NCBI GenBank assembly: GCA_011959105.1
Contig: BLLU01000197.1
Location: forward strand, 6,350 to 70,349
Origin: Lachnospiraceae bacterium
GTDB taxonomy: Bacteria; Bacillota; Clostridia; Lachnospirales; Lachnospiraceae
Reading direction: 5' to 3'
DNA length: 64,000 bases
Position 1 is the first letter of the stretch. Each line of letters starts with the position of its first letter. The notes beneath the pieces are model-generated. The model ran no database searches. It had not been told where the DNA came from and saw only the letters and a program-made list of their open reading frames with translations. The translations under genes and the position numbers were made by a program. Below are positions 16,057 through 25,485 of the stretch, piece after piece.

Positions 16057-17094
16057 TTACTTCCCTGCCGCTTTTTCCGCGAAAGAAGTATTCACCAGAT
16101 CTTCATAGGGCACCCGCTCCGACAGCACCTTGGAATCCTCCAGGATGTTCTGCAGCAGATCGAAGGCTTCCTTTTCAAAAACCAGATTATCCTTCCAGGT
16201 GTCCTGATCATAATATCTGGTGACAATGGTCACCAGCGCCTGCTTATCCGTCTCGGCGAACTGGGGAGCAATCACATCGGCAATTTCTTCCGGTTTATGA
16301 GACTGCACATAGTCCATGCCCTTCTGCAGTGCATTGGTAAACGCCTGTATTACGGCGCTGTTCTGCTCTATATAACTCTTCTTGGCACTGAAAGCGGTGT
16401 AGGGCACATAACCGGAATCTTCTCCCAGAGAAGCCACCACATAGCCGTCTCCCTTCTGCTCCAGCAAGGTAGCATGGGGCTCAAATTCCACGGTAAAGTC
16501 CGCATCGCCGCCGGAGAAGGCCGCCGCCGTGGACCCGAAATCTATGCTCTGGTCAATCCGCAGATCCGCTGTCGGATCTATATTGTTTTTCCGCAGGATA
16601 TATTCAAATACCATCTGGGGCATTCCTCCCGCCCTGCCGCCCAACACATCCTGGTCTTTCAGCATATCCCAGTTAAAATCCTCAATCGGTTCCCTGGACA
16701 CCAGGAAATTGCCTGCCCGTTGGGTAAGCTGGGCAAAATTCACCACATAGTCGTCGGTGCCGCCCGCATAGGTATAGATAGTGGACTCGCTGCCCATGAA
16801 GCCGATATCCGCATCCCCCGCCAGCACGGCGGTCATAGTCTTGTCGGCGCCGAAGCCCGTGACCAGCGTCACATCCAGGCCCTCCTCCTTAAAATATCCT
16901 TCCTCGATGGCCACATACATGGGTGCGTAGAAAATGGAGTGTGCCACCTCGTTCAAAGTGACCTCCGTCAACTTACCGTCACCGCCGGCATTTCCGCCGG
17001 GAGCGCCGCATCCCGCCAACAGCCCCGCTGTCAGTGCCGCCGTCAGCACTGCCGTCAGCCGGGTCCGCCTTCCTGCCTGATTCTTTCTTCTCAT
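16057..17094 (-). CDS. ABC-transporter substrate-binding lipoprotein, NMT1/THI5-SsuA-like
   Basis: Lipobox LLAGCGA. Has an SsuA/NMT1-like pattern (VAHSIFYAPMYVAIEEGYFKEEGLDV). No permease or ATPase gene is adjacent. Confidence 0.75.
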   Translation of the reverse strand: MRRKNQAGRRTRLTAVLTAALTAGLLAGCGAPGGNAGGDGKLTEVTLNEVAHSIFYAPMYVAIEEGYFKEEGLDVTLVTGFGADKTMTAVLAGDADIGFMGSESTIYTYAGGTDDYVVNFAQLTQRAGNFLVSREPIEDFNWDMLKDQDVLGGRAGGMPQMVFEYILRKNNIDPTADLRIDQSIDFGSTAAAFSGGDADFTVEFEPHATLLEQKGDGYVVASLGEDSGYVPYTAFSAKKSYIEQNSAVIQAFTNALQKGMDYVQSHKPEEIADVIAPQFAETDKQALVTIVTRYYDQDTWKDNLVFEKEAFDLLQNILEDSKVLSERVPYEDLVNTSFAEKAAGK

Positions 17095-17237
17095 ATGCTC
17101 TCATATCCTCCCTTTTCAAAATGACTGATGCTCTATGTTATGTCTGCCGGAAGAAAAAAGTGACATATGCTTTACTTTATCCTGCAAAATGTGTATGATT
17201 TTATATAAGAAAAATGCCTGTGAGAAAGGACTTGCCC

Positions 17238-18626
17238 ATGTCAAAACCGCAAAAGATTCTGGAATACATACTGGGCTCCCTGCTGGCCATGCTGGGAACC
17301 GACTATCTGCTGCTGGGCAGACTGGAAAGCGTTCTGGCCGGCACAGCCTGGCACTGGATGCCGGGACTGCTCCGGGCCGTGTCGCCCTGGCTGTTTCTCC
17401 TGCTGAACCTCTATCCGGCTCTGCCCCTGTCCCGCCCCGCCGGTTACCGCCTGAACGTCTGCAACCGAGGCTGCAATCTGCTGGTCATATTTGCCGCCAC
17501 CACCCTGATCAATGTGCCCCTGGCCGCGGCGGGCATGGGCGGCCTGATACCGGGTGTGGAACCGCTGACCCGGAGCAGTGCCCGCTTCTGGCTTCTCCAC
17601 TGCCTGATACTGCTGGGTGCTGAAGCTCTGCTCTTCTGGAACGGCATACTGCGGGTATACCTGACCTCCCGTCAGCTTGGGATCCGGCTGCGGGTTATCG
17701 GCATTCTCTGCGGCTTCATCCCCATCGCCCATCTGATCGCCCTGTTCCTGATTTTTCGAACGGCCTCCCGGGAAGTGGTATTTGAGAGCCGCAAACTCCG
17801 GGAAAGCCGGACCCACAGCCTCCTGCTTCCCTGTGCCACCAGGTATCCGATCCTGATGGTACACGGCGTGTTTTTCCGGGACTTCCGCTATTTCAATTAC
17901 TGGGGCCGTATCCCCCAGGCGCTGGAAACGGCGGGAGCCAGAATCTATTACGGAAACCATCAGTCTGCCGCCTCGGTGGCGGACTGCGGCCGGGAGTTGG
18001 CCGACCGGATACGGGACATCGTTGAAAAGACGGGCTGTGAAAAACTCAACATCATCGCCCATTCCAAAGGCGGCCTGGACGCCCGGGCGGCTCTGCAGCT
18101 TCCCGGCGTGGCCGACCATGTGGCCTCCCTGACCACCGTGAGCACCCCCCACCGGGGCTGCGAATTTGCCGACTACCTGCTGACCAGAATTCCCCTCCGG
18201 CAGCAGCAGGCCGTGGCCCGGGCCTACAATACCGCCCTGAGCAAGCTGGGAGATCCCAATCCGGATTTCCTTGGCGCGGTCACCAATCTAACCGCCTCCT
18301 TCTGCCAGAAGTTCAATCAGGAAAACCCCGATGTGCCCGGCGTTTTCTACCAAAGCGTGGGCTCCCGGCTCGCCCGGGCCAGAGGAGGACGCTTTCCCCT
18401 GAACTTCACCCATATGCTCTGCCGGCATTTTGACGGCCCCAATGACGGCCTGGTGGGAGAGCGCTCCTTTCCCTGGGGCTCGGCCTACCAATTCCTCACC
18501 CTCCCCTCCACCCGGGGCATCTCCCACGGGGACATGATTGACCTAAACCGGGAGAATGTGCCGGGCTTCGACGTAAGGGATTTCTATATACAACTGGTTC
18601 AGGACTTAAAAAAACGTGGCTTCTGA
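17238..18626 (+). CDS. Polytopic membrane domain fused to an alpha/beta-hydrolase lipase/esterase domain
   Basis: About 5 hydrophobic helices at the N-terminus. The C-terminal lipase-like domain has the nucleophile elbow IIAHSKGG. The start is ATG 17238 with an upstream GAAAGGA. Confidence 0.7.
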   Translation: MSKPQKILEYILGSLLAMLGTDYLLLGRLESVLAGTAWHWMPGLLRAVSPWLFLLLNLYPALPLSRPAGYRLNVCNRGCNLLVIFAATTLINVPLAAAGMGGLIPGVEPLTRSSARFWLLHCLILLGAEALLFWNGILRVYLTSRQLGIRLRVIGILCGFIPIAHLIALFLIFRTASREVVFESRKLRESRTHSLLLPCATRYPILMVHGVFFRDFRYFNYWGRIPQALETAGARIYYGNHQSAASVADCGRELADRIRDIVEKTGCEKLNIIAHSKGGLDARAALQLPGVADHVASLTTVSTPHRGCEFADYLLTRIPLRQQQAVARAYNTALSKLGDPNPDFLGAVTNLTASFCQKFNQENPDVPGVFYQSVGSRLARARGGRFPLNFTHMLCRHFDGPNDGLVGERSFPWGSAYQFLTLPSTRGISHGDMIDLNRENVPGFDVRDFYIQLVQDLKKRGF

Positions 18627-18650
18627 TCTCTCAGAACCACGTTTTTAAAC

Positions 18651-21062
18651 TCACTCCATCCACTTTTCAAATTCCGATATGGGCACCGGCTTGGAGAACG
18701 CGTAGCCCTGTGCCTTGTCATAACCGTAATCCCGCAAAAATTCAATCTGCTGCTGGGTCTCCACGCCCTCAAATATAATATCTTTTCCCGCAGCCCGCAC
18801 CAACTGGCCAATACGATTGATATACTGCTGTTCCTGATCCGTCTCATAGTGGTCGATAAAACTCTTGTCCACCTTCACAATATCCACATTGGCGTCGATC
18901 AGCATGCCCAGGGAAGAGTAACCGATGCCGAAATCATCCATGGCGATCCGCAGCCCGTTTTCCCGCAGACAGGTCATCTGCTGGATCATGCCCAGGGGAT
19001 TGCCGGAGATACAACTCTCCGTCACCTCTATCTCAATATACTCCGGCTCCACTCCATACTTGCGCAGCATCCCCATCACCTTGTCACAGAAATGATGGTC
19101 CCGGAAATGTACCCGGGAGAAATTCACGGAAATGGGAACCCTTTTCCTGCCCTCGGCCTTCCAGCGCTTCAGGCAGGACAGGACCTGGCGGAATACGCAG
19201 AAGTCCACGTTTACTATATACCCCACTTCCTCCAGCACGGGTATGAACTGATCCGGATACTTCAGACTGCCGTCGGCATTGTGCCATCTGACCAGGGCCT
19301 CCGCACCCACCACCTCTCCTGTCCTCATGGAGAATTTGGGCTGCAGATAGGCTTCCACGTCTCCCTTGTCTATGGCGTCATGGATACTGGCCACCACCTT
19401 GATCTTCTCCGCCCTGGTCTGGCGCAGCCGGTCGGTGTACACCATCACATGGTTCAGATAGTCCTCCTTGATGGTCTTTCTGGCGTGGTTGGCGGCGTCT
19501 ATCATGGTAAAAATCTCCGCCTCGGGATTGTCTATGCAGTAAAGGCCGGCCCGCACCTGCAAATCCCCCATGGGATATCTGTGCTGCAGATAGTCGGAAA
19601 AGCGGCTCACGGAATGACGGATCTCCTCCTCTATCTCCTGCTGGTTCTCTCCCGTTACCAGGGCCACAAACCGATCCGCATACACCCGGCCGCAGATACA
19701 GCGCTTCGCATTCATATACCGCAGCCACCTGGCCATGTCCTTCAGCAGCTGATTGCCTTCGCTGTAGCCAAAGTTCTCATTCAGATAGGCAAAATTACTC
19801 ACATCCATGTACACCATGGCATAGGCCAGACCGGGATCGCACTGATACAGCGCACGGCGCACCTCCTTCAGGAAAGCGCCGTAGTGATACAGTCCCGTCA
19901 GTTCGTCCCGCCTCAGCGCCTCGATGTGTTCCTGGTTCTGCCTGTTCTGGAACCGCAGGGCCACAAAGGAACTGATTACCTTACCCAGCTGGGTCAGAGT
20001 GTTCAATTCCGTCTCAGACACCTGTTCAATGGGCTTATGCCTGCTGCAGGTCATATAACCGATGGGATGCCCATTGCTGTACAACAGCAGATTGATGAAG
20101 CTGCCGATCTCATATTCATGAAAAAATGCCATATCCCGCTGGGAATAACTACCCTTCTCCACATCGCAGGTGAGATTGATACCGTCCTTGTCAAAACCCG
20201 AAAAGAAATCATCCCAGATGTCCAGGGTGTTGATCTGCTCCGGGTTGGGAAGTATCCCCTCCTCCCGCCGCCATCTGTTTGACACCATGGTGCTGTTGTC
20301 CCGGATAAACTCTGAGACGATCACCTCGTCATACCCAAAATGCCAGCCCACCTGCTTCACCAGCATATCCAGGCTGCTGTCCAGATCGGTGGTATCCGAC
20401 AGAAGACTTACCGCAAAGGCGATGAAGGGACTGTCATATCGAAGCAGCTTCTCCTCCGCCATCTTCTCCGACGTCACTTCCTCATCAATCTGTACATCCA
20501 CATTTTCCACGCTCTCGTCATAGATAACAAAGGGAATTTTGTTGTGGATACCATGTCCCACCGCCTTGCCGCAGCGGATCAACGCCTGCCGCAGGTCACA
20601 GGCCGGCCGGGGCAAATGGTAAACGCCCAGGGCCACTCTGCAGCGCAGTTTCTCCCTGCGGCCGAAATATCTGTCCTGCAGCTTCCTCTGCACCTTGCGG
20701 CAGTGTTCTTCCAACTCCCAGGCATCCTCCCACTCCACAAAGGCCATCAGCACATCCTTGCAAAGACGGCAGAAAAGGATATTCTCGGTCAACTGAAAAC
20801 AGCGCTGCAGCAGAACCGCCTGGTTCTCCAGCACCGCCATGGCAAAAGCGAAACCGTATTCTTCTGTCAGTTTTGAAATATTGCCCACATGTAATATCAC
20901 CACATGGTATGTACCCTGGGGCTTCTTACTCATCCAATCGCTGATCCGCTCTTTCGCGGCAGGGAAAGTATAGAGGTCTGTCAGCGCGTCCCTGTCCCCC
21001 CTGACCGTCCCCGTACTCTCCGGGCTTATTATGCTGTCCATCTGTGTTTTATCCCTCATCAT
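18651..21062 (-). CDS. GGDEF-EAL signalling protein (cyclic-di-GMP turnover), with an extra degenerate N-terminal GGDEF-like region
   Basis: GGDEF-domain entry (DELTGLYHYGAFL) and EAL-domain motifs (EALVRW, DDFGIGYSSL, KVDKSFI). Confidence 0.85.
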   Translation of the reverse strand: MMRDKTQMDSIISPESTGTVRGDRDALTDLYTFPAAKERISDWMSKKPQGTYHVVILHVGNISKLTEEYGFAFAMAVLENQAVLLQRCFQLTENILFCRLCKDVLMAFVEWEDAWELEEHCRKVQRKLQDRYFGRREKLRCRVALGVYHLPRPACDLRQALIRCGKAVGHGIHNKIPFVIYDESVENVDVQIDEEVTSEKMAEEKLLRYDSPFIAFAVSLLSDTTDLDSSLDMLVKQVGWHFGYDEVIVSEFIRDNSTMVSNRWRREEGILPNPEQINTLDIWDDFFSGFDKDGINLTCDVEKGSYSQRDMAFFHEYEIGSFINLLLYSNGHPIGYMTCSRHKPIEQVSETELNTLTQLGKVISSFVALRFQNRQNQEHIEALRRDELTGLYHYGAFLKEVRRALYQCDPGLAYAMVYMDVSNFAYLNENFGYSEGNQLLKDMARWLRYMNAKRCICGRVYADRFVALVTGENQQEIEEEIRHSVSRFSDYLQHRYPMGDLQVRAGLYCIDNPEAEIFTMIDAANHARKTIKEDYLNHVMVYTDRLRQTRAEKIKVVASIHDAIDKGDVEAYLQPKFSMRTGEVVGAEALVRWHNADGSLKYPDQFIPVLEEVGYIVNVDFCVFRQVLSCLKRWKAEGRKRVPISVNFSRVHFRDHHFCDKVMGMLRKYGVEPEYIEIEVTESCISGNPLGMIQQMTCLRENGLRIAMDDFGIGYSSLGMLIDANVDIVKVDKSFIDHYETDQEQQYINRIGQLVRAAGKDIIFEGVETQQQIEFLRDYGYDKAQGYAFSKPVPISEFEKWME

Positions 21063-21155
21063 TCTCCCCGATTATCCATATTTACCGGATAATATTACCT
21101 ATTGCATATTATACTCTTGGGCTTACGGAATTGTCAACTAAATGGTCCTATTTTA

Positions 21156-22562
21156 CTATTTTTTTGCGATATTCCCGGCCACTGCGTCATGGATCCAGCG
21201 ACCGCTCAGGAACCTCCGGGCGAAAATTACGCTGCGCAGAGCCCAATCCGCAAACATCCCGTACCACACCGCCATAGGCCCCATTTGGCAGACTTTCACC
21301 AGAAAGATACACAGGGCCACCCGCATGAACCACATGGTCAAAGTGGCAGTGATCATGGTGAATTTCACATCTCCCGCCGCCCGCAGCCCATATGCCGGTA
21401 TAAAGGAAAAAGCCCACAGCAGCGGTTTGGCCACGGTGATGGCCGCCACCATCTGCCGGCACATGACTGCGCTCTCCGGCTCCATGCCCGCCAGCCACAG
21501 CACCGGTCCGGTGACGGCATACACCAGCAGACAGGAGACCAGGATTCCCAGCATCCCGATGAAAGTACATTTCACCACATAATATTTGGCTTCCTCCCGT
21601 CTGCCCGCGCCGACGGCCTGCCCCACCAGGGTCATCAGACAGATGCCCGTCCCCACTCCAAAGATGCCGTTGACCATCTCCAGAATGTTGGTCATGGCCT
21701 GAGCCGCAATGGCCGCCGTACCCATGGCGGACACCGTGGACTGGATGGCCAGCTTACCGAACTGGAACATGCCGTTCTCCACCCCGGCGGGAACACCGAT
21801 GGCCAGAATCTTCCAGATCATGGACATGTCCGGGCGAATCCGCAGATAGTGGTTTACCACCACCGGCTGCCTGGGCCGGCGAAGGAATACCAGTACCAGT
21901 ACGGCACAGAAAGCCCTGGACGCCAGAGTGGACAGAGCCGCCCCCACCACCCCCATCCGGAAGCCGAAAATCAGGATGGCATTGCCTCCCACGTTGAGCA
22001 GATTGGAAGCAACGGACACCTTCATGGGGAAGCGGGAATTACCCCCCGCCCGGAAAAAGGCGGCTCCTGCGTTAAACAGCGCCAGAAACGGATAAGAGGC
22101 CAGAGACAGCAGAAAATATTTCTCCGCATTGCTCATAACTTCCCGTTCGATGCTGCCGAATATCAGCCGGAGCAGAGGCCTGCGCAGGCACAGCCCCGCC
22201 AGCGTCACGCCCAGGGAAATAGTCAGCACGGTGAGCACCACCTGTCTGGCCGCCCGGTTGCAGCCTTCCCGGTCTCCGCCGCCCAGATACTGGGAACAGA
22301 GGATGGACGCCCCCGCCGCCATGGCGGAAAATATCTGGATCACCAGATTGTTGATGGAATCCACCAGGGAGACGGCGGAAATGGCCTCGCTTCCCACATT
22401 GCTCACCATCATGGTGTCCACCATGCCCATCAGGGAATTCAGCAGCTGTTCCACCACAATAGGAATCAGAAGCGCCATCAGCGCCCCGGAAGGATACAGC
22501 ATATTCTCTTTGTCGATCTGGCTGCTGTCATATAAGCGGCTTCTGAGTCCCCTGGCCCGCAT
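21156..22562 (-). CDS. MATE-family efflux transporter
   Basis: Twelve-TM profile with a typical MATE N-terminus (LLIPIVVEQLLNSLMGMVDTMMVSNVG). The exact start is uncertain (22562 or an internal ATG). Confidence 0.8.
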   Translation of the reverse strand: MRARGLRSRLYDSSQIDKENMLYPSGALMALLIPIVVEQLLNSLMGMVDTMMVSNVGSEAISAVSLVDSINNLVIQIFSAMAAGASILCSQYLGGGDREGCNRAARQVVLTVLTISLGVTLAGLCLRRPLLRLIFGSIEREVMSNAEKYFLLSLASYPFLALFNAGAAFFRAGGNSRFPMKVSVASNLLNVGGNAILIFGFRMGVVGAALSTLASRAFCAVLVLVFLRRPRQPVVVNHYLRIRPDMSMIWKILAIGVPAGVENGMFQFGKLAIQSTVSAMGTAAIAAQAMTNILEMVNGIFGVGTGICLMTLVGQAVGAGRREEAKYYVVKCTFIGMLGILVSCLLVYAVTGPVLWLAGMEPESAVMCRQMVAAITVAKPLLWAFSFIPAYGLRAAGDVKFTMITATLTMWFMRVALCIFLVKVCQMGPMAVWYGMFADWALRSVIFARRFLSGRWIHDAVAGNIAKK

Positions 22563-22738
22563 AATTCCACTTCCCCGTCATTGATATCCGGTGCGCCATG
22601 GCTTTTCCACCGCCCCGGCGTTTTCCTCATAGTACCACATATTTTTAATCTTCGCCATGTTCTATCCTGTCCTTTTGTGTGACAGGGAGAACAAAATATG
22701 ATATACTCAATAAAAAATGTATACTGGGAGGTATGATT

Positions 22739-23431
22739 ATGGCCGGCACAGTCACCCATCTGGTCATCGCAGATCAGCTGCTGGAACCCCTGGGAATCAA
22801 AAATCCCGCCCTGTTCTACTGCGGCAGCCTGGCCCCCGACGCCATCATGGCCCGGGAGGGATATCAAAGAGAAATGAAGCGGCACACCCATTTCAAGGAC
22901 GGCATACACCTGAAAGAACTTCATCTGCCGGATTGTTATGATAAATACCGACGTGCTTTCCGGGCTTTCGCGGAACAGTATCTGCATCCCGGCAGCACGG
23001 ACTATGAACTGTACCTGGGTTATGTGACCCATATTCTGGCCGATGAAGTATTTATCCTGACTCTCCGGGACGCCCACTCCCAAAGACTTCAGGCCGCCGG
23101 GAAAAACCCGGAGGACCCGGCGTATTTCGCCGCTTTCGGCAGGGATGTGGATCTGCACGACCGGCGGCTGGCCCGGGAGTACCCTTTTCGGCATCCCATG
23201 CCCCACATCCTGCTCACGGAACAGGATTATGAGATTCCGGGCTATATCACCCGCCGGGAACTGCTAAACAGCAAAGCCTTTATCATCCGCAAGAATTTCC
23301 CTTCTTCCCGGGAAAACGGAGAGCCCCGGGAGGAATCCTCCCCTGCCGTCTTTTCCTTCGAGGAAAATCAAAACTTCATCCGGGAAGCCTGCAGCTACAT
23401 CCAGAAGGCGATCAAAGACTGTACCCTGTAG
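22739..23431 (+). CDS. Zinc-dependent phospholipase C-like / HD-fold-like hydrolase (family uncertain)
   Basis: Starts MAGTVTHLVIADQLL, with His-rich motifs (HTHFKD, THILADE). SD GGGAGG lies 7 nt before ATG 22739. Confidence 0.5.
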   Translation: MAGTVTHLVIADQLLEPLGIKNPALFYCGSLAPDAIMAREGYQREMKRHTHFKDGIHLKELHLPDCYDKYRRAFRAFAEQYLHPGSTDYELYLGYVTHILADEVFILTLRDAHSQRLQAAGKNPEDPAYFAAFGRDVDLHDRRLAREYPFRHPMPHILLTEQDYEIPGYITRRELLNSKAFIIRKNFPSSRENGEPREESSPAVFSFEENQNFIREACSYIQKAIKDCTL

Positions 23432-25485
23432 TACAGGGCCGGATTGGCGCTCCGTATGGAATCCTCGCTGTGGGCGAAGATCCGCAGGAAGGTAAACAGA
23501 AGTGTCACGGCGCAGGCCGTCACCACCAGCCGCCGCAGAGGGCGGCAGTCTCCGCCGTTCTCCGCCCGCCACCCGTGGCAGGCCAGGATGGCAAGCAGGC
23601 TGCCCACCATGCCCAGCCACACAAAATCCCCAAAATACCGGGTGAGGAGTCCCGCCATCTGAGCGTCCGCCACCGCCACCGCCGCCATGGCAAGCTGACT
23701 GATCCATACCAGCCCATGGCATCTGCTGTCTCTGTACCACTCTTTCCGAAACAACCCATAAAAGCCAAAACACAGCACCGGGAACAGCCACAGTACACCT
23801 CCCACCATCCGCTCCGACACCGTCAGTCCCATATAAGCCGTTTCCACCGGGAAATCCTGTAAAAAGGGAAACAGGCTGCCAATCCGGGGAGGCTGCAGCA
23901 AGTAGGAAAAGAGCCCCAGTCCGCACCGGCCCCAGACCCATCCCCTGTGGGTCATATCATTGGTGGTCAGATTGTAGCTGGCGCCAAAATCCAGGGGAGA
24001 GCCAAAGCGGAGGGCATTGTACCACATGAGCCCTGCCGCCACCGCCCCAAAGGGCAGGCACAGCGCCAGGGTCTGAACTTTGCTCTTCCCCGAGAACAGC
24101 TTCCGCTCCCGAAACACAGCCCGGCCAAACAGCACCGGCCCTGCCGCCAAAATCAGCAGCATCTGGGGTCTGCAGCCGGCCACCAGCGCCAGGCAGAGGG
24201 AACCTGCTCCCAGCCGCCAGGCCGTATATTCCCCGGAAGCCGGGCCATTGTTTTGCTCCCTTATGTCAGGTTCTCTTTCCGCGGAGATCCAGAAAGCCAG
24301 TCCCCACACGCCCAAGGCCGTCCCTGCCAGGATAGGCACCAGGTACAGGTCCGGCTTATACACCGCATAGCCCAGTCCGGAAGCCGCCCCCATGGTTACG
24401 CATAGCAGCAGGTACAATATATAGGGGGTTCCGGGAAACCATCTTCTCACCATCTGCCACAGCAGATAGGCAATCCCCGCCATCAACAGGGCCCCCAGCA
24501 GGAAAATGCAGTCCGCATGGGGCAGATGGCGGCCCGTGAGCATATAGAAGGGCAGATAAAAAAACACCACGGGAACCACACCGAAATACACATAATAACT
24601 GCCCTCATAATAGGCATGATCCCATTTGAAATCCCCGGCCCCCAGTCCCGCCGCCGCCCGGGCCCAGGGATCATAGGGATTTTCCACCACCTCCAGGGCA
24701 GGCGCCTCTCCGATGTCCACCCGTCCCTGGGTCAGGGCCTCCGTCAGCCGATAATACTGCTGGTGATGTTCCATATAGGCCGGCCAGGCCAGAGCATCGG
24801 TATTCCATCCAAGCATCCCATGAAAAAAAAGCAGCTGAAGAGCAATGCATGCCGCTGTCAGCAGCCACTGCCCCCTCCGGGTCAGATCCGTCCCCACCCG
24901 GTAGAGCGGACTGGCGGAACGCAGCAGATACAGACAGCAGATTCCCCCTGCCAGCAGCAGAAAACGCGGCCAGGAAAAGCAGAGGGGCGCCGCCGGGTTC
25001 AGCGCCACTGCCTCCCGGGAGATGCTGTCCCCCCGCAGCCCCCGGATCACCACCCGGAGTTTTTGTACGTCACGACCGAAGTGCAGCCGCAGATACTGGC
25101 TGGCCGCCAGGTCCCCCCTGACCACCCGGACAGGCGTCCACAGATAGGAAGCGTTGGCCTCGTCCACCGCTCCCACAGCCACTTCCGCCTGCTGCCCCTC
25201 CTCCAAAGCCAGGGACAGATAGGCCACCGGCCTGTGAATCCCGGAAAACTCCACCACCGCTTCCTCTTCCGCGATCTCATACCGATCCCCCACGGCCTCC
25301 AGCCCATAGAGGCTGCATACCGCATCCTCCACGGGCGCATAAACCAGGGACTCCCAGTGTTTATAATTGAACAGGAATAGTTCACAAAGCAGCACCGCCA
25401 GAACAATAGCCGCCAGGACAACCCCTTCCCTGCCCGGCCTCAGCGCCTTCTCTTTTTCCACCAGCATATTCCACAAGCCCCCCAT
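23395..25485 (-). CDS. Large polytopic membrane protein, GT-C-like glycosyltransferase candidate
   Basis: About 700 aa with many TM helices. The segment WDHAYYEGSYYVYFGVVPVVFFYLPFYMLTG is reminiscent of ArnT/PMT-type enzymes. The family was not confirmed. Confidence 0.55.
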   Translation of the reverse strand: MGGLWNMLVEKEKALRPGREGVVLAAIVLAVLLCELFLFNYKHWESLVYAPVEDAVCSLYGLEAVGDRYEIAEEEAVVEFSGIHRPVAYLSLALEEGQQAEVAVGAVDEANASYLWTPVRVVRGDLAASQYLRLHFGRDVQKLRVVIRGLRGDSISREAVALNPAAPLCFSWPRFLLLAGGICCLYLLRSASPLYRVGTDLTRRGQWLLTAACIALQLLFFHGMLGWNTDALAWPAYMEHHQQYYRLTEALTQGRVDIGEAPALEVVENPYDPWARAAAGLGAGDFKWDHAYYEGSYYVYFGVVPVVFFYLPFYMLTGRHLPHADCIFLLGALLMAGIAYLLWQMVRRWFPGTPYILYLLLCVTMGAASGLGYAVYKPDLYLVPILAGTALGVWGLAFWISAEREPDIREQNNGPASGEYTAWRLGAGSLCLALVAGCRPQMLLILAAGPVLFGRAVFRERKLFSGKSKVQTLALCLPFGAVAAGLMWYNALRFGSPLDFGASYNLTTNDMTHRGWVWGRCGLGLFSYLLQPPRIGSLFPFLQDFPVETAYMGLTVSERMVGGVLWLFPVLCFGFYGLFRKEWYRDSRCHGLVWISQLAMAAVAVADAQMAGLLTRYFGDFVWLGMVGSLLAILACHGWRAENGGDCRPLRRLVVTACAVTLLFTFLRIFAHSEDSIRSANPALYYRVQSLIAFWM

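Noticed and set aside
16057-17094. Orphan NMT1/SsuA-like binding protein as a sign of a decayed transporter, or a TPP riboswitch upstream of it
   Set aside because: No permease or ATPase fragments flank it, and the upstream 120 nt lack the TPP motifs (CUGAGA and related). It is treated as an ordinary orphan SBP.
18849-22535. Plus-strand ORFs 18849..20282 and 21102..22535 (477 aa each)
   Set aside because: They are antisense to the GGDEF-EAL and MATE genes, which have clear motifs and TM profiles.
22478-23941. Minus-strand ORFs 22478..23206 and 23264..23941
   Set aside because: They overlap the better-supported plus-strand hydrolase-like gene and the 3' end of the GT-C-like gene. No motifs are present, the composition is biased, and neither has an SD.
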